Shown piece after piece: positions 49,042 through 58,433 of a stretch of DNA of 64,000 nt. The notes under the pieces are model-generated. The model ran no database searches. It was not told the DNA's origin and saw only the letters and a program-made list of their open reading frames with translations. The stretch's first letter is position 1. Each line of letters opens with the position of its first letter. Position numbers and translations under genes: made by a program. The stretch covers positions 73,482 to 137,481 of IMG/VR virus record IMGVR_UViG_3300031992_000029; one strand, written 5' to 3'. The DNA is from a virus (Duplodnaviria > Caudoviricetes).

Positions 49042-49725
49042 TTAGAAACACATCAGATCGCCAGCGAACCCGTCGATCTGGAGGAACTTCCAGAGCTTCT
49101 GACCCTTAACCCAGTTGATGTAGTTGTTCACGCCGAGTGCAGAGATAAGCCGAACTGTTGTGGCTACACCGAGTGTAATTCCGCAGGCGCTCACAGGAGT
49201 TTCAGCCGCCGCTTCCTCGTGTGTGAAAGCCATGGAAGCCTTGAGCGCTTCTTTCTGTTTCAGATCACTCCAATCAGCCGCATAGTGCTGGGCGGATGTG
49301 AGCAGGGTTCTGAAATCGAGCACCAGCTTTACGAACGGTGAGTTCCAGTGCTTGTCGACGATTTCATTTCTGAGCTCGATACTGTCTACTGCGAGTACGA
49401 TGATGCCGGACATCATCTTTCCCTGCCATCCTTCGGGATGGAGCTTGATCTTATCTGCGATTGCGGGATTGATTGATACAAGGATGTCGCGAAGCGCTTC
49501 GACCTTGGGCATCCCGACCTGCTCCTGCGTGAACATCTGATTGACAATGTTATGTGCTTCAACATCGTCAAAGTCCCACAGCTGGAAGTTTTCCACGCCG
49601 CACCGTGCGAGGTTCTCTGCTACGGTTGATCCTACAGAACCACATCCTACGATGTGGATTGTAGACTTTTCTTCGTCAGGGTTGAAGAATTCATATGACT
49701 TTGACAGGTCCATTACGTTGCTCAT
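49042..49725 (-). CDS. E1-like ThiF/MoeB activating enzyme
   Basis: IVGCGSVGS, WDFDDVEAHNIVNQ, GMPKV, AVDS..R, SACG (candidate catalytic Cys). Confidence 0.9.
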   Translation of the reverse strand: MSNVMDLSKSYEFFNPDEEKSTIHIVGCGSVGSTVAENLARCGVENFQLWDFDDVEAHNIVNQMFTQEQVGMPKVEALRDILVSINPAIADKIKLHPEGWQGKMMSGIIVLAVDSIELRNEIVDKHWNSPFVKLVLDFRTLLTSAQHYAADWSDLKQKEALKASMAFTHEEAAAETPVSACGITLGVATTVRLISALGVNNYINWVKGQKLWKFLQIDGFAGDLMCF

Positions 49726-49753
49726 TTTAAAGTTCCTCCTTATTATTTTTTAT

Positions 49754-50149
49754 TTATAATTTCTGTACGGCTAAAACAGACTTTCTCATATTGCCAATCA
49801 TGTCTGCATGAAAAGACCTATTAAACCCGAAATTATCTTCGATGAAGTCTTTTAACTCGTTTTTAAGCTCATAGAGAAGGTCAGAATCGTCTTCAAGTAC
49901 GAAGATTTCACCTGACGGATCACGATAGTAGTAGTCGAATCCGTCGTATTCCTCCCAATCGAGGAGGGTGAATTTAATAGTGCGCCAGTTGGAACACCCT
50001 TTCACAATATCGGAAAGGGTTTCCATAAGAATCTCATCTCTTGCGTCTCCGTCTAAGATGTAATCAGCAATGCTGTAACAGTCGTACATTTTTGCAACTT
50101 TGAGAAGTTCATCGACCGTATAGATGCTATCAAATTCTTCTTTTGTCAT
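49754..50149 (-). CDS. Acidic hypothetical protein (paralog of 50160-50615)
   Basis: MTKEEF...TVDEL...DARDEIL...W.....YY. Confidence 0.7.
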   Translation of the reverse strand: MTKEEFDSIYTVDELLKVAKMYDCYSIADYILDGDARDEILMETLSDIVKGCSNWRTIKFTLLDWEEYDGFDYYYRDPSGEIFVLEDDSDLLYELKNELKDFIEDNFGFNRSFHADMIGNMRKSVLAVQKL

Positions 50150-50159
50150 GTGATTTTCC

Positions 50160-50615
50160 TCAGATTACCTGGAACTCAGACACGAATTCTTTGAATTCGT
50201 CGTCCGTCCACTCATCCATGGCCTCTTCGATCTCGACCTCTTCTACAAATTCTTCATCGAACTCTTCATCGTTCTCGAAGCATTCGTTTTCATCCATGAA
50301 GTCGTAGAGATCTTCCTTGAGGCTCTCGAACTCGTCATCTCCGTCTGTAATAGGACGGAAGTCACCCCAGTCGTCATAGACATACCAGTCGTATCCCCCG
50401 TCGTCTTCCCAGCCGTTCAGTATGCCGAGCATTTCTCTCCATGAGTAATCGCCCACACTGTCGACCATTCTTTCGTTAAGGATGTCATCTCTTGCGTCGG
50501 ATGAGTAGATTTTTTCTTGTACATCATCACAACCCACGTCTATTGCCGTGTCTACCAGCTCTTCGACAGTTGTGATGTCATTAAATTCCTCTCTTGTCAT
50601 TTGGTCTCCTTTCAA
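50160..50615 (-). CDS. Very acidic hypothetical protein (paralog of 49754-50149)
   Basis: MTREEF...TVEEL...DARDDIL. Confidence 0.7.
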   Translation of the reverse strand: MKGDQMTREEFNDITTVEELVDTAIDVGCDDVQEKIYSSDARDDILNERMVDSVGDYSWREMLGILNGWEDDGGYDWYVYDDWGDFRPITDGDDEFESLKEDLYDFMDENECFENDEEFDEEFVEEVEIEEAMDEWTDDEFKEFVSEFQVI

Positions 50616-51664
50616 TAATCAAGGCCATATCTCATGAGGAGTTCATCGTTAGCATTCTCTTGTTCTGCGAGAACGCTATCGATGTACTCCTCCCAAGTTT
50701 CATAAGTATCGGCGTCGTTTGTTCCAACGACTGTTGTTTTTCCTTCGCTTATTTTTTTTTTATATCCGAATCTCTGACCCTGATCACCCTTTCCTGCCGG
50801 TGTAACACTTCCGGGTGCCGGTTTTCCGCCGTTTCCGCCGGTCGTCACTACTGCGGGAGTTGTGGTTACTTTACTGGTATTTGCGGGTGCACCGCCTCTC
50901 TGCTGATTTCCGCCGGAATATCCGCCCTGATATCCTGTGTACCCGGACGTTCCGCCGTAATCGTAGTAGCCATATCCGCCACTGTATCCGCTGTAAGCAT
51001 ATCCAGAACCGGTAGAGCCAGTATTCGTATAGACATGCTTTTTTACCTGATCGTCTGCCTTTGCGACGAAACCCTCAAGACCCTCGACTACAACGTCGAT
51101 ATCCTTGTTGTCAAAAGAAAGATTATCACGGAGGTCATAGATGATCCTCGTCATATCTCCTTTTTTATTGTGGATCGTGAAAATATAGAAGTCGTCCTGC
51201 GGAAGCTGCCCAAGGATGCGCCTGTATAACGTCTCGTCTGTTGTGCTGGGGCTTACACCCATATTGACGTGGGAATGGCACTGGGCGCGGATGGAATTGA
51301 ATTCCTCATCCGTGTGTGCATACAGCCATTTCGTGTATTCCTCCTGATCCGTGGTCACGGTTGCGCCGGTGACTTCCTGGGGATATACTTCCAGATCTTC
51401 GATCTTATATGTGTTTTCCTCACCATCAACACGGTGTGCGAATCCGTGCCATGCTACTTCGGAACTGAAGTGGTCTACAAGGACCTTCGTCTTCAGCCAT
51501 GCCTTTGTGCTGTACACCAGCGTGGCCTTCTTATTTACAGTCCCGAAGTCGTGTGTGAACGTAAACTTACCATTGGCAAGTTTACTCGTTGTAAGTGCCT
51601 TCTTGAACTCCTCGATAATGGAGTCCATCTGTGATCCGATGTCAACTTTGATGACTTTTGCCAT
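50612..51664 (-). CDS. JAB/JAMM metalloprotease with low-complexity G/Y-rich tail
   Basis: SEVAWHG ... HSHVNMGVSPSTTD (E-HxH-x7-S-x2-D). Confidence 0.88.
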   Translation of the reverse strand: MAKVIKVDIGSQMDSIIEEFKKALTTSKLANGKFTFTHDFGTVNKKATLVYSTKAWLKTKVLVDHFSSEVAWHGFAHRVDGEENTYKIEDLEVYPQEVTGATVTTDQEEYTKWLYAHTDEEFNSIRAQCHSHVNMGVSPSTTDETLYRRILGQLPQDDFYIFTIHNKKGDMTRIIYDLRDNLSFDNKDIDVVVEGLEGFVAKADDQVKKHVYTNTGSTGSGYAYSGYSGGYGYYDYGGTSGYTGYQGGYSGGNQQRGGAPANTSKVTTTPAVVTTGGNGGKPAPGSVTPAGKGDQGQRFGYKKKISEGKTTVVGTNDADTYETWEEYIDSVLAEQENANDELLMRYGLDY

Positions 51665-53130
51665 TACTTATTTTCCTCCTTTTTAAGCCACTCGATTGCA
51701 CCGTTGGGGTCAACGACCGTTCCGTCAGGCAGCTCGAAAGCTCTGACGTTAACATCACGTCTTCCCGCGATACAGCTCATGAAATACTCCATTACTGTTC
51801 CGTCGGAGAAGTTGAGCGATCCGCAGGATGCGATGCACTGTGTGATTGCCCCTACGTTATCGCCTCTCGACATGTAATCTGTCATGATGCGTTCGTAGCT
51901 GCCAATACAGTTATACTGATTTATATGCGGGTTAGGCATGTACGTCTCTTTGATTCCCTCAAGGAACGACGCTCCGCCACGCGGCCTGACACGGCTGTTA
52001 AGATCAATCTGATACTCAGCGCAGAATCTTAACCGGATCTTCCTGTCGATGAATACGGCTCTCATAAGAGCTTCAATATCCTCAGCAGAAATCCAGTCCT
52101 CTGTGCTCCTGTATACAAATGATCTCTTGTTTTCGATTACCTTTTCTGCGAGATCTTCGTCGAATAAATCGCAGTACGCCGTAACCTGAACGGAGATGCT
52201 GTTTCCGTCCACCCTGTTAAGGTGAAGGGCGTTCTTATTCGCAAGGAAGAAGTCCATGATGCCACTTCCCGTCTCGCCAGATGCGATCTTAACCTGAAGA
52301 CCTTCATACTGGATTTCCATCTTTCTGATGTCGTTCAGGATCTGGGCGATAGATTCCTGATACCGCTGGATATCGTTCCTTTTACTCTGGATGGAGTTTC
52401 TCACATTCTCAACAGTCTCTCTGTCGAGGCGTGTCTCGATGTCGCCGAGCAGTTTCTTGACTCTTGCTGTTTCAAGGTCGAGCTTTGCGGCGAACTTTCT
52501 GCAGGACTCAAGGTAGGCTGCGGGATCTTTCACACGAAGTCCTTCGATCATCTCCATCTCTTCAGGAGAGATTCCATCCTCTTTGTTGAAATACCACGGC
52601 AGATAGGCAAGGATGCCACACTGCATATAGTGGTATCGCTGCATCGTGAGGTTCTTTACATACAGCATTACGTTGTGGTTCTCGGTATCACAGATGCAGA
52701 TGCATTTGAAGCCTGTGATCTTCTGGAAGAACGCCGTTACCCTGGGCAGCTTTTCCCACTTGTCGTACTCAGGAAGAAGTTTCTCTTCCACCCATGCAAG
52801 CCATGCATCGTTGTCCTCCTCATTGGAGGCGTCGAATACATGCAGGCCGATGTGTGTTACGCTGGGGCCGCCCCAGTATGTAGGGTAAAATTCTGCTGTC
52901 TCTGCCAGAGTGCTGAGATCGTACCTCTCAAGATAACTCTTCCTCTCGTTGGAAGAAGTGATATTGAGGACGACCCTTTCTCCTTCCTTCATTCTGGGGT
53001 AAACAATTCCTCTCAACGTAGAGAGGAATGTCAGGTCTCCGAGGTACGCGTTACCTTCAACAACTCCGTTGAAGAAGTCATTTGCGCCCTCCGACACTAA
53101 CGCTGTATTTCTGATACTGTTTCTAAACAT
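51664..53130 (-). CDS. Coiled-coil protein with C-terminal prokaryotic E2-like domain
   Basis: PNPHINQYNCIG motif (PH-x5-C); between Ubl genes and JAB. Confidence 0.6.
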   Translation of the reverse strand: MFRNSIRNTALVSEGANDFFNGVVEGNAYLGDLTFLSTLRGIVYPRMKEGERVVLNITSSNERKSYLERYDLSTLAETAEFYPTYWGGPSVTHIGLHVFDASNEEDNDAWLAWVEEKLLPEYDKWEKLPRVTAFFQKITGFKCICICDTENHNVMLYVKNLTMQRYHYMQCGILAYLPWYFNKEDGISPEEMEMIEGLRVKDPAAYLESCRKFAAKLDLETARVKKLLGDIETRLDRETVENVRNSIQSKRNDIQRYQESIAQILNDIRKMEIQYEGLQVKIASGETGSGIMDFFLANKNALHLNRVDGNSISVQVTAYCDLFDEDLAEKVIENKRSFVYRSTEDWISAEDIEALMRAVFIDRKIRLRFCAEYQIDLNSRVRPRGGASFLEGIKETYMPNPHINQYNCIGSYERIMTDYMSRGDNVGAITQCIASCGSLNFSDGTVMEYFMSCIAGRRDVNVRAFELPDGTVVDPNGAIEWLKKEENK

Positions 53131-53160
53131 TTTCCCACTCCTTTCATTTTTTTTGTGGAT

Positions 53161-53231
53161 TCAAGACGGCAGGAGTCGAACCCGCTACATACACGGTTTG
53201 ACCGGTTGCTCTGCCGTTGAGCTACGTCTTG
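53161..53231 (-). ncRNA. tRNA-like RNA with defective anticodon arm
   Basis: Acceptor CAAGACG/CGTCTTG, canonical D and T arms; anticodon arm CGG-TCAAA-CCG. Confidence 0.6.
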
Positions 53232-53233
53232 AT

Positions 53234-53269
53234 AAAAACGCCCCGCGAGGATAATTCCTGACGGGGCGT
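53234..53269 (-). terminator. Intrinsic terminator after the Ubl genes
   Basis: ACGCCCCG...CGGGGCGT-TTTT. Confidence 0.75.
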
Positions 53270-53319
53270 ATGTATTCTCATTATTCAGTTTTTATTTGCC
53301 CTTTATTGGGCGATCATTT

Positions 53320-53553
53320 TCAGGCCGCTGCGTTGTCTGCCTTCTGCACGGACAGAAGGTAGCAAGACTCTGCGATGCCGAATTCCGCGAAAGTCTTGTC
53401 AAGAGCGCCGGGCTGAAGGGTGACGCCATCCAGCATCATGGCACCATGAGCATAATCGATACCATTGGTTTCAAGCGCCTGGCGGAGTGTAGTGCTGCTG
53501 TCAACGATAACATTTTTTCTTGTGGTGTTGTTTCCGAGGGTAACTCTGATCAT
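53320..53553 (-). CDS. Stand-alone ubiquitin-like (beta-grasp) protein ending KADNAAA
   Basis: MIRVTLGNNTTRKNVIVDSSTTLRQAL...LDGVTL...LDKTFAEFGI...LLSVQK. Confidence 0.8.
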   Translation of the reverse strand: MIRVTLGNNTTRKNVIVDSSTTLRQALETNGIDYAHGAMMLDGVTLQPGALDKTFAEFGIAESCYLLSVQKADNAAA

Positions 53554-53650
53554 ACTTTTACTTCCTTTCATTCAAAAGGAGCGGGTATTCCCCGCTCCAC
53601 AACTGTATCTATATCGGAGCGAGCTATAAACTAACTCCGGTATTTACTTC

Positions 53651-54268
53651 TTAAGCGAGGGTAATCGCACCCTCGATCTCAGCCTTCTCTTTGCGTACCT
53701 CTTCAAGAACAGCCGGGAAGGTCGCCTCGATCTTATTGATGTTCAGAACGAGCCTGCCGTATGTGTCGGACAGATATGCCTTGATATCATCAACGTCGCT
53801 GGGAATGGAGACGGTAATGGTCGCCTTGCCGGAGCCGTCATGAGCCTCAGCGCCGAACTCAGCGCCTACCTTGTTGATGCTTCCCATTCCTGTTCCGAGC
53901 CCGATTGCGTAGACGAATTCCTTGCCGTCTTCACCGCCGAAGAGCTGCAGGGCATCGGGGCGATACTTTTTGATCATTTCGATGTCGGCCTTCTTTACGC
54001 CGGAGACGATTACTGCGGCCTGGCCTGCCGTCTTGATCTCCGCGGCGTTGTCTGCCTTCTGAACACTCAGAAGGTAGCAAGATTCCGCGATACCGAACTC
54101 AGCGAAGGTCTTATCGAGAGCGCCCGCCTGCAGGGTCACACCATCCAGCATCATGGCACCATGTGTGTAGTCCACACCGTTGGCCTCAAGTGCCTGACGA
54201 AGTGTGGTAGCGCTGTCGACGATGACGTTTTTCCTCATTGTGTTGTTTCCGATAGTAACCTTAATCAT
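53651..54268 (-). CDS. Ubl-domain fusion protein (Ubl + domain X)
   Basis: Near-identical Ubl followed after KADNA by a ~130-aa domain. Confidence 0.8.
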   Translation of the reverse strand: MIKVTIGNNTMRKNVIVDSATTLRQALEANGVDYTHGAMMLDGVTLQAGALDKTFAEFGIAESCYLLSVQKADNAAEIKTAGQAAVIVSGVKKADIEMIKKYRPDALQLFGGEDGKEFVYAIGLGTGMGSINKVGAEFGAEAHDGSGKATITVSIPSDVDDIKAYLSDTYGRLVLNINKIEATFPAVLEEVRKEKAEIEGAITLA

Positions 54269-54394
54269 TTTTACTCCTTTCATTCAAAGGAGCGGGGTAT
54301 TTCCCCGCTCCAAAAACATTGTTATATCAACTGAGTGCCATAAGCCTTGGGCTACCGATTAAGCCGGGGTTCTCTGTGGACTCGTGTTGATCTC

Positions 54395-55012
54395 TTATGC
54401 GAGGGTGATTGCGCCCTCGATCTCGGCCTTCTCCTTGCGGACTTCCTCAAGTACTGCCGGGAAGGTAGCCTCGATCTTGTTGACGTTCAGGACAGACCTG
54501 CCGTACTGGTCAGCGAGATAAGCCTTCACATCCTTCACGCCATCGGGGATGATGACGGTGATGGTTGCCTTGCCGGAGCCGTCATGAGCTTCTGCACCGA
54601 ATTCAGCACCGTATCTGTTGATCTCACCGATTCCGCTACCCAGGCCGATAGCGTAGACAACTTCCTTGCCGTTTTCACCGCCGAAGAGCTGGAGTGCTTC
54701 AGGGCGATACTTCTTTACCATTTCAATGTCGGCGCGCTTCACGCCGGAGACGATCACTGCTGCCTGACCGGTGGTCTTGATCTCTGCTGCGTTGTCTGCC
54801 TTCTGCACGGACAGCAGATAGCAAGACTCGTTGATGCCGAATTCCGCGAAGGTCTTGTCGAGAGCACCTGCCTGCAGGGTGACGCCGTCAAGCATCATGG
54901 CACCATGCGCATAATCGATGCCGTTGGCCTCCAGTGCCTGGCGGAGCGTGGTAGCGCTGTCAACAATAACGTTCTTCCTGGTTGTGTTGTTACCCATAGT
55001 AACTCTGATCAT
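54395..55012 (-). CDS. Ubl-domain fusion protein (Ubl + domain X), second copy
   Basis: Highly similar to 53651-54268. Confidence 0.8.
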   Translation of the reverse strand: MIRVTMGNNTTRKNVIVDSATTLRQALEANGIDYAHGAMMLDGVTLQAGALDKTFAEFGINESCYLLSVQKADNAAEIKTTGQAAVIVSGVKRADIEMVKKYRPEALQLFGGENGKEVVYAIGLGSGIGEINRYGAEFGAEAHDGSGKATITVIIPDGVKDVKAYLADQYGRSVLNVNKIEATFPAVLEEVRKEKAEIEGAITLA

Positions 55013-55288
55013 ACTTTTTACTTCCTTTCATTCCTCCGGTTTCCCGGGTGCTATGTTAATTCGGCTTGCGACGCCGTAACGATTTCTGCACGTATGTACA
55101 TCTTGAGAGTTACTCCGTCAACATACGTTATTCTATTTTTGTTTCCTGTTAATTCTGTTAATGAGGATTGCCATTCCCGGCTTCTTATTGCCATGGTCTT
55201 ATTGGCGTCGCCGTGGTCTTACAGCCTAGGTCTTACAGGCGGCTCGTAAAGAACCGCCTTGCCCGTTTTGTTAGCCGTCGCTGACCGA

Positions 55289-55687
55289 TTAGCCTGCAAT
55301 CACGATGGCATCCATGATGGTCGCCATCTTGGAATCGATGTCAGCCACAGCCGCCGGAATCTTAGCTTCCAGCTCGTTGGCGAGAACGATGTAGGGGCCG
55401 ATCTTGTCAGCTACATACTGCTTGATGTCGTCAGCCTGAACATCTTCCCCGATCATCAGGGTGATTGTGGCCTTGCCATCTCTGCCGGGAGTAGCGGAAA
55501 ACTCAGCGCCGAACTTACCGATCCTGCCGGGACCCTCTGCGATGCCGAAGCCGAAGATAGGTTCCTTGCCGTCTTCGCCGCCCATAAGGACGAGCTTTTC
55601 AGGAGCATACTTCTTGATCTTCTCCAGGTCTGCGAGCTTAACATTACCGGAAACTACGATTGCCTGTCCTGCGATTACTGCCTTCAT
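55289..55687 (-). CDS. Stand-alone domain X paralog (no Ubl)
   Basis: AGQAIVVSG.VK.AD.E.IKKY.P..L.L.GGEDGKE...GAEF...GKATIT; RBS AAAGGAGG before MKAV. Confidence 0.8.
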   Translation of the reverse strand: MKAVIAGQAIVVSGNVKLADLEKIKKYAPEKLVLMGGEDGKEPIFGFGIAEGPGRIGKFGAEFSATPGRDGKATITLMIGEDVQADDIKQYVADKIGPYIVLANELEAKIPAAVADIDSKMATIMDAIVIAG

Positions 55688-55981
55688 ATTGTTGGCCTCC
55701 TTTATTTCTGCGCTTTTTGTTGAGTGTCGCAACTATTGCGAAAGGAACACTCCTCACCTTGCGCTTAGTGAGCATATTAGTTACTTTTCCCCGCTTTAAA
55801 TCACCGCATTTGGCGCCAGGGAAAGGGGGAAGAAACCTGACGCCAGCGGCTTTGTTGATTTTTCTGATGCCGTACCATCCTTCGGGCCCTCATGTCCCGC
55901 ATAGATAAGAGCTATTAGCCCAGCTCAAGGGAGAAGTACGGTTTTTATACGGTGTCAACTCACCGGATTTGATTTGGGTGT

Positions 55982-56695
55982 TTACTCACCCGTGACCTGG
56001 TCACTCATTTTGTATATAAGACTGGGATAGGGGTGGTCCTTATAAAACTCCCCCTGCTCGTCTTCAAGGATCATGGGTCGATACGGGCTTACCCCGTATT
56101 TCTCATACAGAAGCCTCATCACATCATCAAGGAATTCCTCAGTGTCGACATAGTCGACGGTATCAGCTCTGTACAGTGCAACTGCGAGGAACTCAGAAGC
56201 CGCGTCTGACAGTTCCTCCTCGCGTTCCTTGATGTTTTCTTTCTGTTCCTCTTCTTCCTCGTCAAGGTCTACATAATCGATAAAATCCTCGATAAGGTTG
56301 GACATGACCTCTTCGGTCTCGTCCTTTAAAGATCTCCCTCTGAGAGGAGTCACATATTCGGTCTGGATACATTCGAATCCGTAAAGACCCGTGTCTTTAT
56401 CGTCTTCATCATCAAGCTCGTTTTTGTCACTAGAGGTCTTCTGATATACATAAAACACGGGAGATCCGTATTCCGTCGCAATGTATAATCTTAAATCTCC
56501 AGCGTCGGATTCGGCGACGCGGTACATTACGTCTTCCTCCTCCATAATTCCTTGATGTTCATTGTAGAACTCAAAGATTCTGCATGTAGGTGTGATTATT
56601 TTCGCCACACCAAATCCTCCTTTCGTAATGTTTATTTTTATGTTGACATTTCCAAAAAAAGGAGCCTTTCGGTTTATATGTGTATTATACCACAC
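55982..56695 (-). CDS. Acidic hypothetical protein (real start probably GTG near 56608)
   Basis: RBS AAAGGAGG upstream of VAKII; upstream promoter. Confidence 0.65.
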   Translation of the reverse strand: MWYNTHINRKAPFFGNVNIKINITKGGFGVAKIITPTCRIFEFYNEHQGIMEEEDVMYRVAESDAGDLRLYIATEYGSPVFYVYQKTSSDKNELDDEDDKDTGLYGFECIQTEYVTPLRGRSLKDETEEVMSNLIEDFIDYVDLDEEEEEQKENIKEREEELSDAASEFLAVALYRADTVDYVDTEEFLDDVMRLLYEKYGVSPYRPMILEDEQGEFYKDHPYPSLIYKMSDQVTGE

Positions 56696-56712
56696 TTGTT
56701 TGGATTTGTCAA
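56684..56712 (-). promoter_or_regulatory. SigmaA-type promoter upstream of the Ubl module
   Basis: TTGACA-17-TATAAT. Confidence 0.85.
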
Positions 56713-57466
56713 CATAATTTTATAATTTACCACCACTCATTAATACACACGAATCTTCCGTCCTGGAGTTCCCACACTTCAAAATCGTAGTCCATTACGT
56801 GTGATCTTACGTACTCTTCCCAGTCGTTTGCCAATGTAATTGGCGTTCTGCGGGCGTCTGTTTCATACTGGTCATAGAGAGCCTCGCATTTTACAATAAG
56901 ATACATGTTTCCTCCTATATCTGGTCGAAGTTCTACGCCTTACATACCATACAGTTGTATTCTGGAACATCGCACAGAAGATATCTTCTGTAATATCCTT
57001 TTGAACTGTTAAAGAACATCTTCTCCCTTTTTCTAATGATTGCCCGGAGGACAATATCTGCTGAGGTCTCCTCTGCTTCTTCGACCTCGTCAAGGGTTAC
57101 AAAAATGTTTTTGTCATTCTTGTGTTTCATGATTTCCTCCGCAGTTTCAAACTAAAATTTCATTTATATCATTGGGTACGATATGACTTTGACGTTCTTT
57201 CCTTGCTTACATTTCATTACGAACTTCCTGGCAAGAAACGGAGAATCAAAGTGTCTGATAAGTTTTACCCCATCTTTATTGATGAAAACCACATCGTTAC
57301 TTCCTATGATTGTGGTCTCATCCACGTATTCAGTAGCGCCCACGGAGGAGCACCACATACGTTAAACGGTCGAGAAGATCGTCGATTGCCGGGAACTTCT
57401 TTGATGCCCAGCAGATCACTCCGCCTATTCCGAAAAATCCTACTACTACCATTGCCGCTACCATGC

Positions 57467-57697
57467 TTATTTACCTCCTTTGTAAACGTGATATGTTTTT
57501 GTCCCACGCTCATATTCTACTGTGATAGCGGCAAACTCCTCGACGGCTTCTTCCTCGCTATCATAGTCACTGATGAGATATCTCTCGCCGGCAACGGTTG
57601 CTATAAGCTGCCATGTATCGTCATCGAAGATACATTGTTCTACTTCGATAACTGCAACGTCGTACGGGATACTTACTGTTCCGACAAGAATTCTCAC
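57467..57697 (-). CDS. Hypothetical protein
   Basis: ORF with RBS. Confidence 0.6.
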   Translation of the reverse strand: MRILVGTVSIPYDVAVIEVEQCIFDDDTWQLIATVAGERYLISDYDSEEEAVEEFAAITVEYERGTKTYHVYKGGK

Positions 57698-57836
57698 TCT
57701 TCATTCCTCCTGTACCACCATTCAGCGTCCTGCTGAGCCTTTTTATAACCGTCTTTCCTGCCTCTGAGATACCATTTATCTCTCGATTCGCAGTAGCCGA
57801 AGAAAAAGCCGACCGCGAATCCGATCATGACCCACA

Positions 57837-58433
57837 TCATTCCCATTCTTTATCCTCTCTGAGTCTGAGGGTGCAGCCATCTACAACCCCGAGCTCGCAG
57901 AACGACTTGTTCATTGTCTCGTCTGTGAGCAAAAATCCTCTTTTGCCCATCAGAATGTTACACTTGAGCCCGTCCATTACAATCCCTGCGTAGTCAAGTA
58001 CCTCTTTCACCGTCTTATTCCTGTCAGTTTCTAACTTCACGCTAAGACCGTCGAAAGCGATTGTCACGTTGACGGGCCCGTTTCCGAGCATGAACACTTT
58101 CATGGAGTTCTCGAGCCACCTTTCGAGCGTCTCGTATGGTGTCCATGTGTTGCTGTCGCCGATACCGAAAATGTACTTTCCGGTATCACCGATCCCTTCT
58201 ACAGGAGTATTTCCCTCACTGGAGAGAGCAAAGAACACTCTCATTGCGTCTGCAGTTCTTATATCCGCATACCTCGCGAGGACCGGCAGATATACCCTTC
58301 TTCCCGCATCGTCATACATAAAGAGTTCCTTATAGAAAACCTCTCTGTCCTTCGTGATACTCTTCTCGTATTCCTCACACTTGCTTTTGCTACTGAATCG
58401 GCTGCCGTCTTCGGCAACATATAAAACTTTCAT
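57837..58433 (-). CDS. Protein with C-terminal Ubl-like domain
   Basis: C-terminal VNVTIAFDG...KTVKEVLDYAGI...MNKSFCELGVVDGCTLRL; N-terminal half resembles 58695-58940 and 58937-59269. Confidence 0.6.
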   Translation of the reverse strand: MKVLYVAEDGSRFSSKSKCEEYEKSITKDREVFYKELFMYDDAGRRVYLPVLARYADIRTADAMRVFFALSSEGNTPVEGIGDTGKYIFGIGDSNTWTPYETLERWLENSMKVFMLGNGPVNVTIAFDGLSVKLETDRNKTVKEVLDYAGIVMDGLKCNILMGKRGFLLTDETMNKSFCELGVVDGCTLRLREDKEWE

